Positions 36,982 to 48,400 of a DNA stretch of 64,000 nucleotides are shown piece after piece. Within the stretch, counting starts at the first letter, position 1. Each line of letters opens with the position of its first letter. The notes under the pieces are model-generated. The model had not been told where the DNA came from. It made no database searches and was given only the letters and a program-made list of their open reading frames with translations. Location: assembly GCA_051294375.1 (NCBI GenBank), contig CM119269.1, positions 646,272-710,271 of the forward strand. Direction: 5' to 3'. Source of the DNA: Paraspadella gotoi. Its lineage: Eukaryota; Animalia; Chaetognatha. Both the position numbers and the translations under genes were made by a program.

Positions 36982-38960
36982 TCATTTGTCTACGAGCTCC
37001 TTGGGGAGATCCTTTTGCAGGAAGTGCCAATATGGAGAACGTTTCTCCCCGGGATTCGCAATCAGGTCCTCCCACTGCTCCTCGTCGGGGCGGACGAGGA
37101 AGTCGACCGAGGATTGCTCGGAGGTCGTGGAGGATCTCTCGACGTCGTCGTCGGCGTCGTCGTCGGCGCCTCTCCCAATCGTGACGCAACTGAGAAATTA
37201 GAGCAGAAAGATTTATACAACTATTCATATGCATATTCACTTCGTTTACTGAGCAGTGAGCACGGAGGTCTGTTTTTAAAAATTAAAAAAATGTTTCTTA
37301 ATCTTAGACCAAGTCTGACCCGATCATGTCGTTGCGGCTGGTGAAGTCGTAGTCCATGACGATAACGAGAAGTCGAATTTTTTTCAAATCTTCAGGAGAA
37401 ACTGTGAAGATGAGATCCTCGTTGTAGATGGGATTCAACTTTCGTCTCATGATTGCCGTCTTTCGCTTTTCAACTTTTTTCCAGCTGAGACGAGGGAGGG
37501 AAGGGAGATAGAGATATAATCAGGGAGGTTAAGCGTATATTACGGAGGCGATGAAAGACAATAAAACATAGCAATTAAAAAAAATAGTTAAAAAGAATCA
37601 AATCTTATATTAAATACTTTAAAATCTAAAGATTTATATTGAAACAAGTAATTTTACAATTTTAACTGTTATGCGGATAGAGACAAAAGAGAAGAAGAAG
37701 GAATTAAGGGGCCCCATCAACTCACTCGTACAGCAACCAAACTTTGACGTAAGGGTCAGAAGTGCCCGCGACGTCGGCGGCAATGAGGTTGCGGCACTGC
37801 TGCACCGAAACCACGAGATTGTCCGTTTCCCGTCGCGTCAGCAGCAGCAGACGCAGCTGGATCTCGCCGAGGAGGTGACGCCAGCTCTTTTTTTGAATGT
37901 CCTCGTAGAAAGGAAGGGTTCGACAGGGGGATGGGAAGGCCACGTCTCTGGGTTGATGGGTGAAGATGTGAGCCGAAGGTTCAAGAAATGTAATAATACA
38001 AACGTGTTACCTTAACGGAATCATTATTTCTCCAATGAAGTCGTCATAAGAATAAGCGTCAAAATCTATGATCTCTAAACGCAGAACCACCTGTTGGATT
38101 TATTGTGTAGTATAAGTCAATCAGTAAATTCGTATTGTTTATCACGTGTTATTAAAGAAATGAGGTAAAAATTCATCTATTTCATCAATTACTGTAGTGA
38201 CTTCTCCGTCTCGCTTTTTTTGTCCATCTAAAATAACTGGGAGTGAATAAACGAGACTGTGAGAGAATCTTAATTGAAAGCGTACAGGGACCTGCTATGT
38301 CATTATCTTGTAATAGTGATGCAGACCTTAAACCACCAAAGCCTGTCCAAAAGTTCAGGGGCAGATAGCTTATTTATTAAATCAATGGATAATTTATATA
38401 GGTTGTACAAATTTCATAAAATTCAGCTCCTTGTAAAATTTGATGCTGGGCGGAGTATAATATATATTTAATAAAATATATTTATATTGGTTGTACCAAT
38501 TTCATAGTATTCCCCGATCTAATACTTTAGGGAGTGGTCTCTTAGCCTCTTAGCGACCTGCTTGAGTTTGTCTACAGGAAATTTGCTAAATTCGAAGGTC
38601 TCGTTCCAGACTGGGTTGAGCGTTCGCCTCCGGGTTTTTGTCCTGAAGACATTATCGAAAGGATGGAGGCGCAACTGACGAAAGGATCGCAGGGATCAAT
38701 CAGGCCCTTTTGAGGAAGGCTCTCTGCCTGGGTGAGTGTGAAGGAGGGAGAAAGATGCAATACAAACAAGAAAGTTTAACATTTACAAACACATATTCAA
38801 TACCCAATTTTCTAAAAAATACATTATCATTAATAGTCCGATGTAACGATTTCGCCTCGCAGTTATTAGGACTAAACTTACCTTTATAATCCTCACTGTG
38901 AGTTTTCGCGAGTTCTTCGTCGAAAGTCAACGTGAAAAGTGAGTGTTCCGAGCGGAAGGT
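36982..38960 (-). CDS. Synaptotagmin-like tandem C2 protein; C2A exons contain frameshifts; 5' part lost in gaps
   Basis: C2A pieces LGTLTFHVDF, DPCDPFV, RTKTRRRTLNPVWNETFEF and LEIIDFDAYSYDDFIGE. C2B pieces LGEIQL...CRNLIAADVAGTSDPYVKVWL, KRKT...LNPIYNE and VMDYDFTSRNDMIG. C-terminal W..LI.NP......WHFL motif; stop at 36982. Confidence 0.8.
38180..38543 (-). mobile_element. Dispersed ~280-bp repeat in a synaptotagmin intron
   Basis: Reverse-complement homolog of 44947-45228 (ggacaggctttggtggtttaagg...gacatagcaggtccctg...ctctcacagtctcgtttattcactc). Confidence 0.75.
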
Positions 38961-40039
38961 CGTTCAAAAGGCATTATTATATTTTATAGGCGGGAGGTCG
39001 AATTGCTCATAGGTGATTTATTCCTAATATTTCATTCATTCGTGTATTCACGGATTATTCCGACATTGTTCAAAATTCAAAGTTGGAATTCTCTTCTCTC
39101 CAAAAGAAAAAACTGTTTCATTCGAAAACAACTTGATATTTTCGGTCCTGACTGATTCAAGTTTTGAGGAAAACAGAGACAATAAGAGTAATAGTAAGAA
39201 AATAAATTAATTGTTTTCTAGATTTCAACCTAATTTTTTTTGCCTGTCATTTTGAGTATCGTTGAGTGTAAAAATTCTAAAATCAATATTTCTTCTAATT
39301 CTATATCTATATATAATTTCATGCGAACGGCAATCATCTTCCCGATGCTCTTTTGTTTTCCCNNNNNNNNNNNNNNNNNNNNNNNNNNNNNNNNNNNNNN
39401 NNNNNNNNNNNNNNNNNNNNNNNNNNNNNNNNNNNNNNNNNNNNNNNNNNNNNNNNNNNNNNNNNNNNNNNNNNNNNNNNNNNNNNNNNNNNNNNNNNNN
39501 NNNNNNNNNNNNNNNNNNNNNNNNNNNNNNNNNNNNNNNNNNNNNNNNNNNNNNNNNNNNNTTTCATCGATTATATTATTGTAAAACTAAATTAAATTAC
39601 TTTATGATCATTAGTAGTTTCGCATTCGAGAAAAGATTATTTCCATAGAATTTAAAGCCACCGCCATGAAAAAGACTTAGCCATTTTGGCGGTCATAATC
39701 GTCGGGCTAATCGAGACACATGAACATTTATAATCTACCCTAAAAACTTGCAAAATTCGTTTTCGATTTTTTTCTTCCTTCAATTATTTANNNNNNNNNN
39801 NNNNNNNNNNNNNNNNNNNNNNNNNNNNNNNNNNNNNNNNNNNNNNNNNNNNNNNNNNNNNNNNNNNNNNNNNNNNNNNNNNNNNNNNNNNNNNNNNNNN
39901 NNNNNNNNNNNNNNNNNNNNNNNNNNNNNNNNNNNNNNNNNNNNNNNNNNNNNNNNNNNNNNNNNNNNNNNNNNNNNNNNNNNNNNNNNNNNNNNNNNNN
40001 NNNNNNNNNNNNNNNNNNNNNNNNNNNNNNNNNNNNNNN

Positions 40040-40268
40040 GCTCCTCTTCATTCTAACGCCGGGGCAAAGAGCTCCTCTTTATTCTAACGCCGAGACAAAG
40101 AGCTCCTTTTCATTCTAACGCCGGGACAAAGAGCTCCTCTTCATTCTAACGCCGAGACAAAGAGCTCCTCTCCATTCTAACGCCGGGGCAAAGAGCTCCT
40201 CTTCATTCTAACGCCGGGGCAAAGAGCTCCTCATCATTCTAACGCCGGGACAAAGAGCTCTTCATTCT
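40040..40268. repeat. 31-bp minisatellite, at least 7 units, running into an assembly gap
   Basis: Unit gctcctcttcattctaacgccggggcaaaga starts at 40040, 40071, 40102, 40133 and onward, with no unique spacers. Confidence 0.95.
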
Positions 40269-40798
40269 CCAAGTGTTTCAAGTCTCTCGCCCGAAACTCA
40301 AAATGTCTACGTTGGGACTCGCGACCGAGTTGGAGACTAGAGGTCGACTAGTAGCGGACGTCGGAGGGGGCGTGGTTAATGGCGTTAGACCGGAAGCCAC
40401 GGTGGCGCTACCTCGCGCTAAAATATCATCGGCCGCCCTCAATCGCGATCCCTTAATTCCAGGCGTGACGACGAAGACCCGGGATTCGGCCGAGGTGAAT
40501 CGGAGACGCGGCGTCAAGAGGGCGTCGCGTCTTGACGGCGGAGGAAGACATCGTCTTTCTCTCTTTTTCTTTGTTTGTCTGTCGATTTGACTGTCGATTT
40601 GACTGTCCCTATACTACTCTGTCTATCTGGCTCTCTGAGTTCTGCCAGATTTTCTGAGGATATCTCGGGGGAGATAAAAAAAAATGTGACCAAAAATCAT
40701 TTAGCGTGTTACTTTTAAACTTTCTTAGAAAAACATTCCGATCAAACATATGATATTTATGTTCGTACATTTTACGATAAGCCAATCAAAATACGGGG

Positions 40799-43700
40799 AT
40801 GATAAAATCAAAGAGCTGCAGTTGGATTTCACAAATCGTAAGCGGTTATGATTTTTGCCATTATTCTATTTCAGATTTCTCGATATTTAATTTCTATTAC
40901 GTCTCCGTACATGTTTGTTTGTTTTGGTTTTAAAATACTTAAAATAACTTTAAATCAAAAGAATAATTTTTAATTTTAGGAAAGGCGAACGAAAGAATCG
41001 ATTCCGGTTGTAAGTCACGTGATCACCGACGATCAGGTTGGTTCACAAATGTTTTAAATGATTTGTTAGGACTCTATAATAGTCTATATTAATACGAGTG
41101 GTTTTGATTTCTGGTAGGTGGGAGGTCTGCCCGGAATTAAACTGCAGCCGGTCAACATGAATAAAACCATCAAACTCTTAACGGATCCGCATTCGGTGAG
41201 TGGATTACATCCGGGACTTTATAAGTTATATAAGGAATATAATATATAACATAACTGCCTCTGTGACACCGATTGACTTTGAATTTCCCACCAGGCGATG
41301 CTCTACGACCGCCACGTAAACGCCCTGCGCAAGATCGTCAAACACTATCGTCGAGGGTTCCTCATGAAGGACCTGGTCCAAGTCTTCAAGATCCTCAGCG
41401 TCTGCGCGGATCGAGTGGAGGAGCAGCCTTGCTACGAGGAACCCATGTGCGGCATTCTCAGACTCTGCGCCCTTCCCTTCCTCTGCGAGAGAGCCTCCGA
41501 TGAAACCTCTTACGAACAAGTCCGGTTTACTAACTTNNNNNNNNNNNNNNNNNNNNNNNNNNNNNNNNNNNNNNNNNNNNNNNNNNNNNNNNNNNNNNNN
41601 NNNNNNNNNNNNNNNNNNNNNNNNNNNNNNNNNNNNNNNNNNNNNNNNNNNNNNNNNNNNNNNNNNNNNNNNNNNNNNNNNNNNNNNNNNNNNNNNNNNN
41701 NNNNNNNNNNNNNNNNNNNNNNNNNNNNNNNNNNNNNNNNNNNNNNNNNNNNNNNNNNNNNNNNNNNNNNNNNNNNNNNNNNNNNNNNNNNNNNNNNNNN
41801 NNNNNNNNNNNNNNNNNNNNNNNNNNNNNNNNNNNNNNNNNNNNNNNNNNNNNNNNNTCTTTTCTTTTCTTTTATTTTCTTTTCTTTTCTTTTTTTTGTT
41901 ATTCATTTTTTTCTTTTCTTTTCTTTTCTTTTTTTTCTTTTCTTTTCCTTTCTTTTCTTTCTTTTCTTTTCTTTTTTCCTTTTTTTCTTTTGTTATTCAT
42001 TTTTTTCATTTTCTTTTATTTTCTTTTCTTTTTTGTTCTTTTCTTTTCTTTTCTTTTCTTTTCTTTTCTTTTGTTATTCATTTTTTTCTTTCTTTTCTTT
42101 TCTTTTCTTTTCTTTTTTTCCCTTCTTTTCTTTTTTTCTTGTGTTATTCATTTTTTTCCTTTTCTTTTCTTTTTTTTTCTTTTCTTTTTTTCCTTTTCTT
42201 TATTTTTCTTTTCTTTTCTTTTCTTTTCTTTTCTTTTCTTTTTTTCATTTTTTCTTTTCCTTTGTTTTTTAGTAGTTGAATATAATGATGAATATAATCC
42301 ATAAAAAATTTAAACATGGATAATATTAATAAATGAATAAAATAAAATCCCTCAGATCTCCACGGAAGCGGTGTCTCAGTTGGGTTACCTCATGCGCGTT
42401 CCCAGCTCCGCCGTCCGAATCCAAATCTGTCGATCCATCAAGCGATTCTACGACGGAGACGTCGGCGGCGACGTCGACCAAAGAGTGCAACACTTCAAAC
42501 CCGCCTCGCCGAAGTACAACAGGTAAAAAGTGGGCGGAAGTGAGGGCGGTTGGAAACGACGACGAAAACTTCCCTAACCCCCCCCAAACCCCCGTCAGGC
42601 ACGTGGTCGAGCAGAGCGACGTCTCGGAGACGCTCGTCAAGTCGCTGGCCCTGCTGGAGTCGGAGCAGGACGTGCTGATGGAGGTGCTGGAGGTGTTGAT
42701 GCGATTGTCGACGAGATCAGAAGCCAATTGCGGGCGGATGCTGGAGGCCAACGCCGCCTACAGGATCTGCCTGAGGATGAACGACTCGGAGCCTTTGGGA
42801 AGGTGAAGGCGTCGACGGAGATTCGTATTCATTATTCTAGGGATTAAGATTCATGGAGTTAAGATTCATGGAGTTAAGATTCATAATCTATGACGCGCAA
42901 AATAATTTCATTTCTATGATTTACTTTCAAATAAGTTCCTTTTAGTTTTAGTTTTTTATTTCGATATAAAACGTCGGAACATTTTTTCTTTTCTTATTTT
43001 TCGTTAAAAATCACGAATCATTCGGAATTTAGCTTTGAGTTCAAACGCATTATTTTTTTTATTTTGCTTTTATTTTGCTTTTTCACGGTCCTCATTTTAT
43101 TTTTCCGTTGCTTCTTCTCTNNNNNNNNNNNNNNNNNNNNNNNNNNNNNNNNNNNNNNNNNNNNNNNNNNNNNNNNNNNNNNNNNNNNNNNNNNNNNNNN
43201 NNNNNNNNNNNNNNNNNNNNNNNNNNNNNNNNNNNNNNNNNNNNNNNNNNNNNNNNNNNNNNNNNNNNNNNNNNNNNNNNNNNNNNNNNNNNNNNNNNNN
43301 NNNNNNNNNCTTTTCTTATTTTTCGTTAAAAATCACGAATCATTCGGAAATTAGCTTTGAGTTCAAACGCATTATTTTTTTATTTTGCTTTTATTTTGCT
43401 TTTACACGGTCCTCATTTTATTTTTTCGTTGCTTCTTCTCTCGGCTTCCTTTCGTTTTCGAATCAGCAACGGAGCTCCGCTGCGGACCAAAGGGTGAGTT
43501 CGTCCGACAGGTGGAGAACGTGTCACTGTTTTATGTATAATAATACATTGTATAATGTATATGGAATGCGTGTTATGACTGTTCAAACTCCCATAATTTC
43601 CAGGCTTTTCTTCATGTCCGTGGAAATTCTGTGGAATCTCCTCGAGTTTGGCGGAGCCGGGTCTGTCGCCGAACAGTTGAACAACATTGAGTGCGTGACG

Positions 43701-44150
43701 CAGCTCAAGGACGCCTTCTGCCATCAGCTGTTGCAAGTGAGAGCTTGGGTCTGATGGCAGATGGCAGATGGTAGATAGCGTTTTATGAGTGTTTTTTTCG
43801 ATTGTATGTAATAAGTTGATAATTTTTATCCTGCGTCATATTCAACCTTCCCTCCTCTCTCTCTTCTCTCTCTCTTTCATCTCTCTCTCTCTTCTTCTCA
43901 TCTCTCTTCTCTCTCTCTCTCTCTCTCTCTCCTCTCACATCACACACACACACTTACAGGGGATTCAGCCACACGACGGCACAGCTTCGCAACGACGTTC
44001 TCGTTCTCTCCATGCTCGTGGCGAAGGATGTCCCAAGGCGCCCTTCGTCGAGTCGGATTCGCCAAGATGTCGTACACCTTCGCACCTTTCAGGTTCGCGT
44101 CTGTCGTTTATTTTTTATTTTGAAGAGAGAGAGAGAGAGAGAGAAGAGAG

Positions 44151-44208
<58 letters not shown>

Positions 44209-44272
44209 AGAAAAATAAAATCTGAAAAAAAAAAAGAAGAAATACCAAATCGTCACAAATCTCACGTCTTTT

Positions 44273-44326
<54 letters not shown>

Positions 44327-44436
44327 GAGAGAGAGAGAAGAGAGAGAGAATAACAATCTTGAAAAAAAAAAGAAAAATAACCAAATCGTCACAAATCTCA
44401 CGTCTTTTAGAGAGAGGAGAGAGAGAGAGAAGAGAA

Positions 44437-44478
<42 letters not shown>

Positions 44479-45361
44479 AGAGAGAGAGAGGAGAGAGAAA
44501 GGAGAGGGAGAGAGAAAATGACAATCTTGAAAAAAAAAAAAAACAAATCTCACGTCTTTTTTTGTTCACAGGAAGTGAAGACCCAAAACGCTTTGGTTCG
44601 ACATCTTCGCCTCGGGTCAGGTCAAGACGATTTCGAGCTCAAAAAACTTCTTCTCCATATAATCGTCGTCCTCTCGCAGAACAACGCCATCGTGCCGGTG
44701 AGTTGAAAGTCAATTGAGCAATCGTTCGATCAATAGTTCAAACAAATTCATAAAATAGATCGTATCGATAAAATGACAAAAGATGAATGAATAAAAATAT
44801 TATATGAAACCTAAATCGCTTGTGAAAACCAGTTAATTTTAAAGTTTTCTCCCGACAATCGATGAAAATTAACACCAAAAATTGGCCGATATTCAAACTT
44901 TGATAACTCTATTTAATTATAGTAATTATATTTATAGTAATATATATATGAAATTGGTACAACCAATATAAAAATTATCCATTCATTTAATAAATAAGCT
45001 ATTTTGCCCCTGAATTTGGACAGGCTTTGGTGGTTTAAGGCCTCCATCACTCTTACAAGATAATGACATAGCAGGTCCCTGCAAGCTTTCAATCAAGACT
45101 CTCTCACAGTCTCGTTTATTCACTCACAGAGTACCTGGCTTCCCTATCAATGAAGTGGAAAATATTTCAAAGAATGTTTCAATTGTATGAAAAGACCACT
45201 CCCTTAAGTATTAGATCGGGGAATACTTATTGTACTCCGCACTATATTATAGTAATTTCCTTTCTTTTCGTTGCGTTTCGCTATTTGTGTACAAAGCAGA
45301 GAGTTTTTATTTTTTAACAAACAACACACAACACGCAACAAATCTGTGTTGGAAACTTTGC

Positions 45362-45412
<51 letters not shown>

Positions 45413-48400
45413 TCTCCTCTCTCTCTCTCTCTCTCTCTGTTTATCTCTTTCTCTCTTCCTTTACTCAAAAAATCTGTCAATTTTCAAAACCACTTTTGAC
45501 GCTGAATAAAAGCCGAAACATTACGTTTTTGAAATAAAAACAAATCTTTGGGGGAAAAACAAATCAACTTTTTCTTAATCCAAAACACAACGAAAGAAGA
45601 AAGGATTATATACCACAATAACAAACAACGATATATTTATTATCGTTATTTGTTAAAAAAATAAAAACTCTCTGCTTTGTGGTACGCGATTATTTATATT
45701 TAACCCCAACCTTGATCGCGGTCTCCCACTCAATTAACCGGGAATTCGATCGTTAATCGTACTTAGGGGGATTTATAGTATATATTCACAATACCAAATT
45801 GATTAAGTTACGAAATCTTCAAAAATTAAGAGAGAGATAGAGAGAATTCTTATTATTATTAAAATATTTTTAAAACTGTTTGATCATAAACGTCCCCTCG
45901 AACCAAGTTACCAAAAAAAAAGAAAAGATGACGGAGTCTTGGGACGTGGAAAGGATCGTCGAAAGAATCGGGTTGAGTCGCTTCAACGTCGTTCCTCTTC
46001 TCATCCTCACGTTCGGTATGAGCCTCAACTTCATAAACGTCTTCGTCGTCAACTTCAGCGTCTACGTCCCTCGTGACTTCTGCTCCAATCAAAGTCGATG
46101 GACGAACGAATCCGTCTCACTTTCACGAGACTCCTTGATGTTTGAGTTCGGTCTTGCCTGCTCTAATCCTGTCGTGGCGAACCTGGCCAGTGCGCTTCTC
46201 TTCGCCTCGGGTACTTTATCCTTTCTGCTGCTGAGCTTCGCCGACAGGTTTGGGCGACGCCTGACACTCCTCGCTTTTACCGGCGCCGGGAGTGTCCTCT
46301 ACGCTCTGGCGTATTTCGTGGAATCCGCCGTCGCATATTTGATCTTTCGATTTGCCTGCGGGATCGTCCAGGTTGGATTCGTTAAGCGCTCGGTGTTGCC
46401 GACCCGAAATGAATAAATTTCCCATTTTGAATATTTGTCATTTTCCCACTAACCAGATCTGCACTATGTTCAGTTCCGTCGTGCTTATCACGGAATCCTT
46501 CAGCGCCTCACGCCGCTTCTACGTCTTTCTCTTCTCGACCGTCGGTCTAAGCTTCGGCAACGCCGAGTTGAGCTTCTTCGCTTATTCACTGCGCGATTGG
46601 CGCAAACTTCATCTCGTCATCTCCGCCCTCTATCTCCTCTCGTCGGCGCTCGATTGGTTTGTGCCCGAGTCTTTACGTTGGTTGTCCTTACAGAAGGACG
46701 AGGCGAGTCGGCGGGAGTTGGAACGTCTCGCCAAAAAAGCCTTAAAGGTTGACGATCTCGACGAACTTCTCCAAATAAATCCAGAGATCCCGGGCGATCG
46801 TTTTGTGAGAAAATCGGCGACGCCGAACCCCTGGCGCAGTTGGCAACTCTGGCGCCGCCTGTTGCCGTCCTGCTTCGTCTGGTTCGCCAACTATTTGTCC
46901 GTCTGGGCCGTGAATTTATCGATGACGGACGTTTTGGTGGGGGATCGATACTGGAATTTGGTCATCTTGGGCCTCTTATTAACCCTGTCCTCGTTGTTGA
47001 TTGGGTTTATGAGTTACTTCTTCCCACATCGGGTGACTCTTTGCGCGTTTTTCGTCGCCGACGTCGCCTGCTTCGGCGTCATACTGGGGATGAAAAGTCA
47101 AGGGTGGGGATCTAACAGCAACTTTACTTGGATCTTCCTAGCGGGTATCAAATTTTTGACTGAAAAGTTTTTTTTTTTTTTTAACTTCTAATTTTTAGAC
47201 GGATCTGCTTAAGTACTTGCAGATTCCGGCTTTATAATCCATTTTGTCGGTCTCACCCCAAAATTTGATCGGTAAGACACTCACATCATCGGAACATCGG
47301 ATTATGATATATGCCAAAAAAAAAAAAAAAAAAATCGGGCGATTGACTTTAATTAAGTGAGCGATTGAGCTGGAAATATAGTTTGACAATTATTAAATAA
47401 GGTTAAAAAATTGTTTATTATAACTATCGATGTAACATTTTATTAAACAAGTTTGAGCAAACAATGTCGGTTCTGCCCACGATCATTATCGGTAATTAAT
47501 TAATTAATTTGATCTGAAATGTTTGTTTTGATTAATTAATTGACTGATTAATTAATTATTGATAAATTAATTGACTAATTGATTAATTAACTGATGAAAT
47601 ATTTGATTAATTAATACATCTTGCATTTACATTTAATATAAAAAAGAAGCATAATCATTGATTAATCATTAATCAATTTGTGAAACAATTTTTTTGTTTT
47701 TTTCCATTTAGACTCATTTCCACTCAGACGATTCCATCGAAACTTGATTTCCAGCTTAATCACACACTTTCTTACCCACATACAAAATTTCAGGTCAATC
47801 GCCCCTTACACTCATGAGTAATTTGTGTTCAAATAGAGAAATATAATTTTTTGTTTTTTCCATTTAAAGTCATTTCCACTCGGACGATTCCATAGAAACT
47901 TCATATCCAGCTCAATCACACACTTCCCTACCCACACACAAAATTTCATTTCAATCCATCCATTCAATCACGAGTAATTGGTATTTTTTGCTAAGGTGGG
48001 ACGGACCGACAGACAGACGGACAGACAGATGTACGGACGGACATCATTTTTTTGCATAATTTATCATAATTCGATGTTCTGACATGATATAAGTGAGTGC
48101 CCGACAATATTGAGGGGGGCGGACCGACGGACCGACAAAGTGAATTATAGAGTCGGGATCTGCTGATAAGCAGGTCCGACTTAATGATCGTCGGCGGATC
48201 CGGCATTGTTTGCTCAAGCTTCTTCTTTTTCTCTCAACTTTTTTTTTTTCGTTTCCCAAACGCGACCGTTCTCCCTTCGTTCACGTCTGCCAGCCCAATT
48301 TTTCGGCATGGGAATCGGTTCCCTGATGACCGTCATGGCGGCCGAGATTTTCCCCACTAACGTTCGATCGCGCTGTCTCGGCACTTGCACCTCCGCCGGC

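Noticed and set aside
40040-40268. 31-bp repeat array as a CRISPR array
   Set aside because: The units are directly adjacent with no unique spacers, there are no cas genes and the context is eukaryotic. It is a minisatellite.
41500-42304. Long Phe/Ser-rich ORFs, and the ER/SL-repeat ORFs at 24 and 44 kb
   Set aside because: Translations of microsatellites and N gaps.
42990-43440. ~130-bp direct repeat on both sides of an N gap
   Set aside because: Overlapping contig ends at a gap; most likely an assembly artefact or a collapsed tandem repeat.
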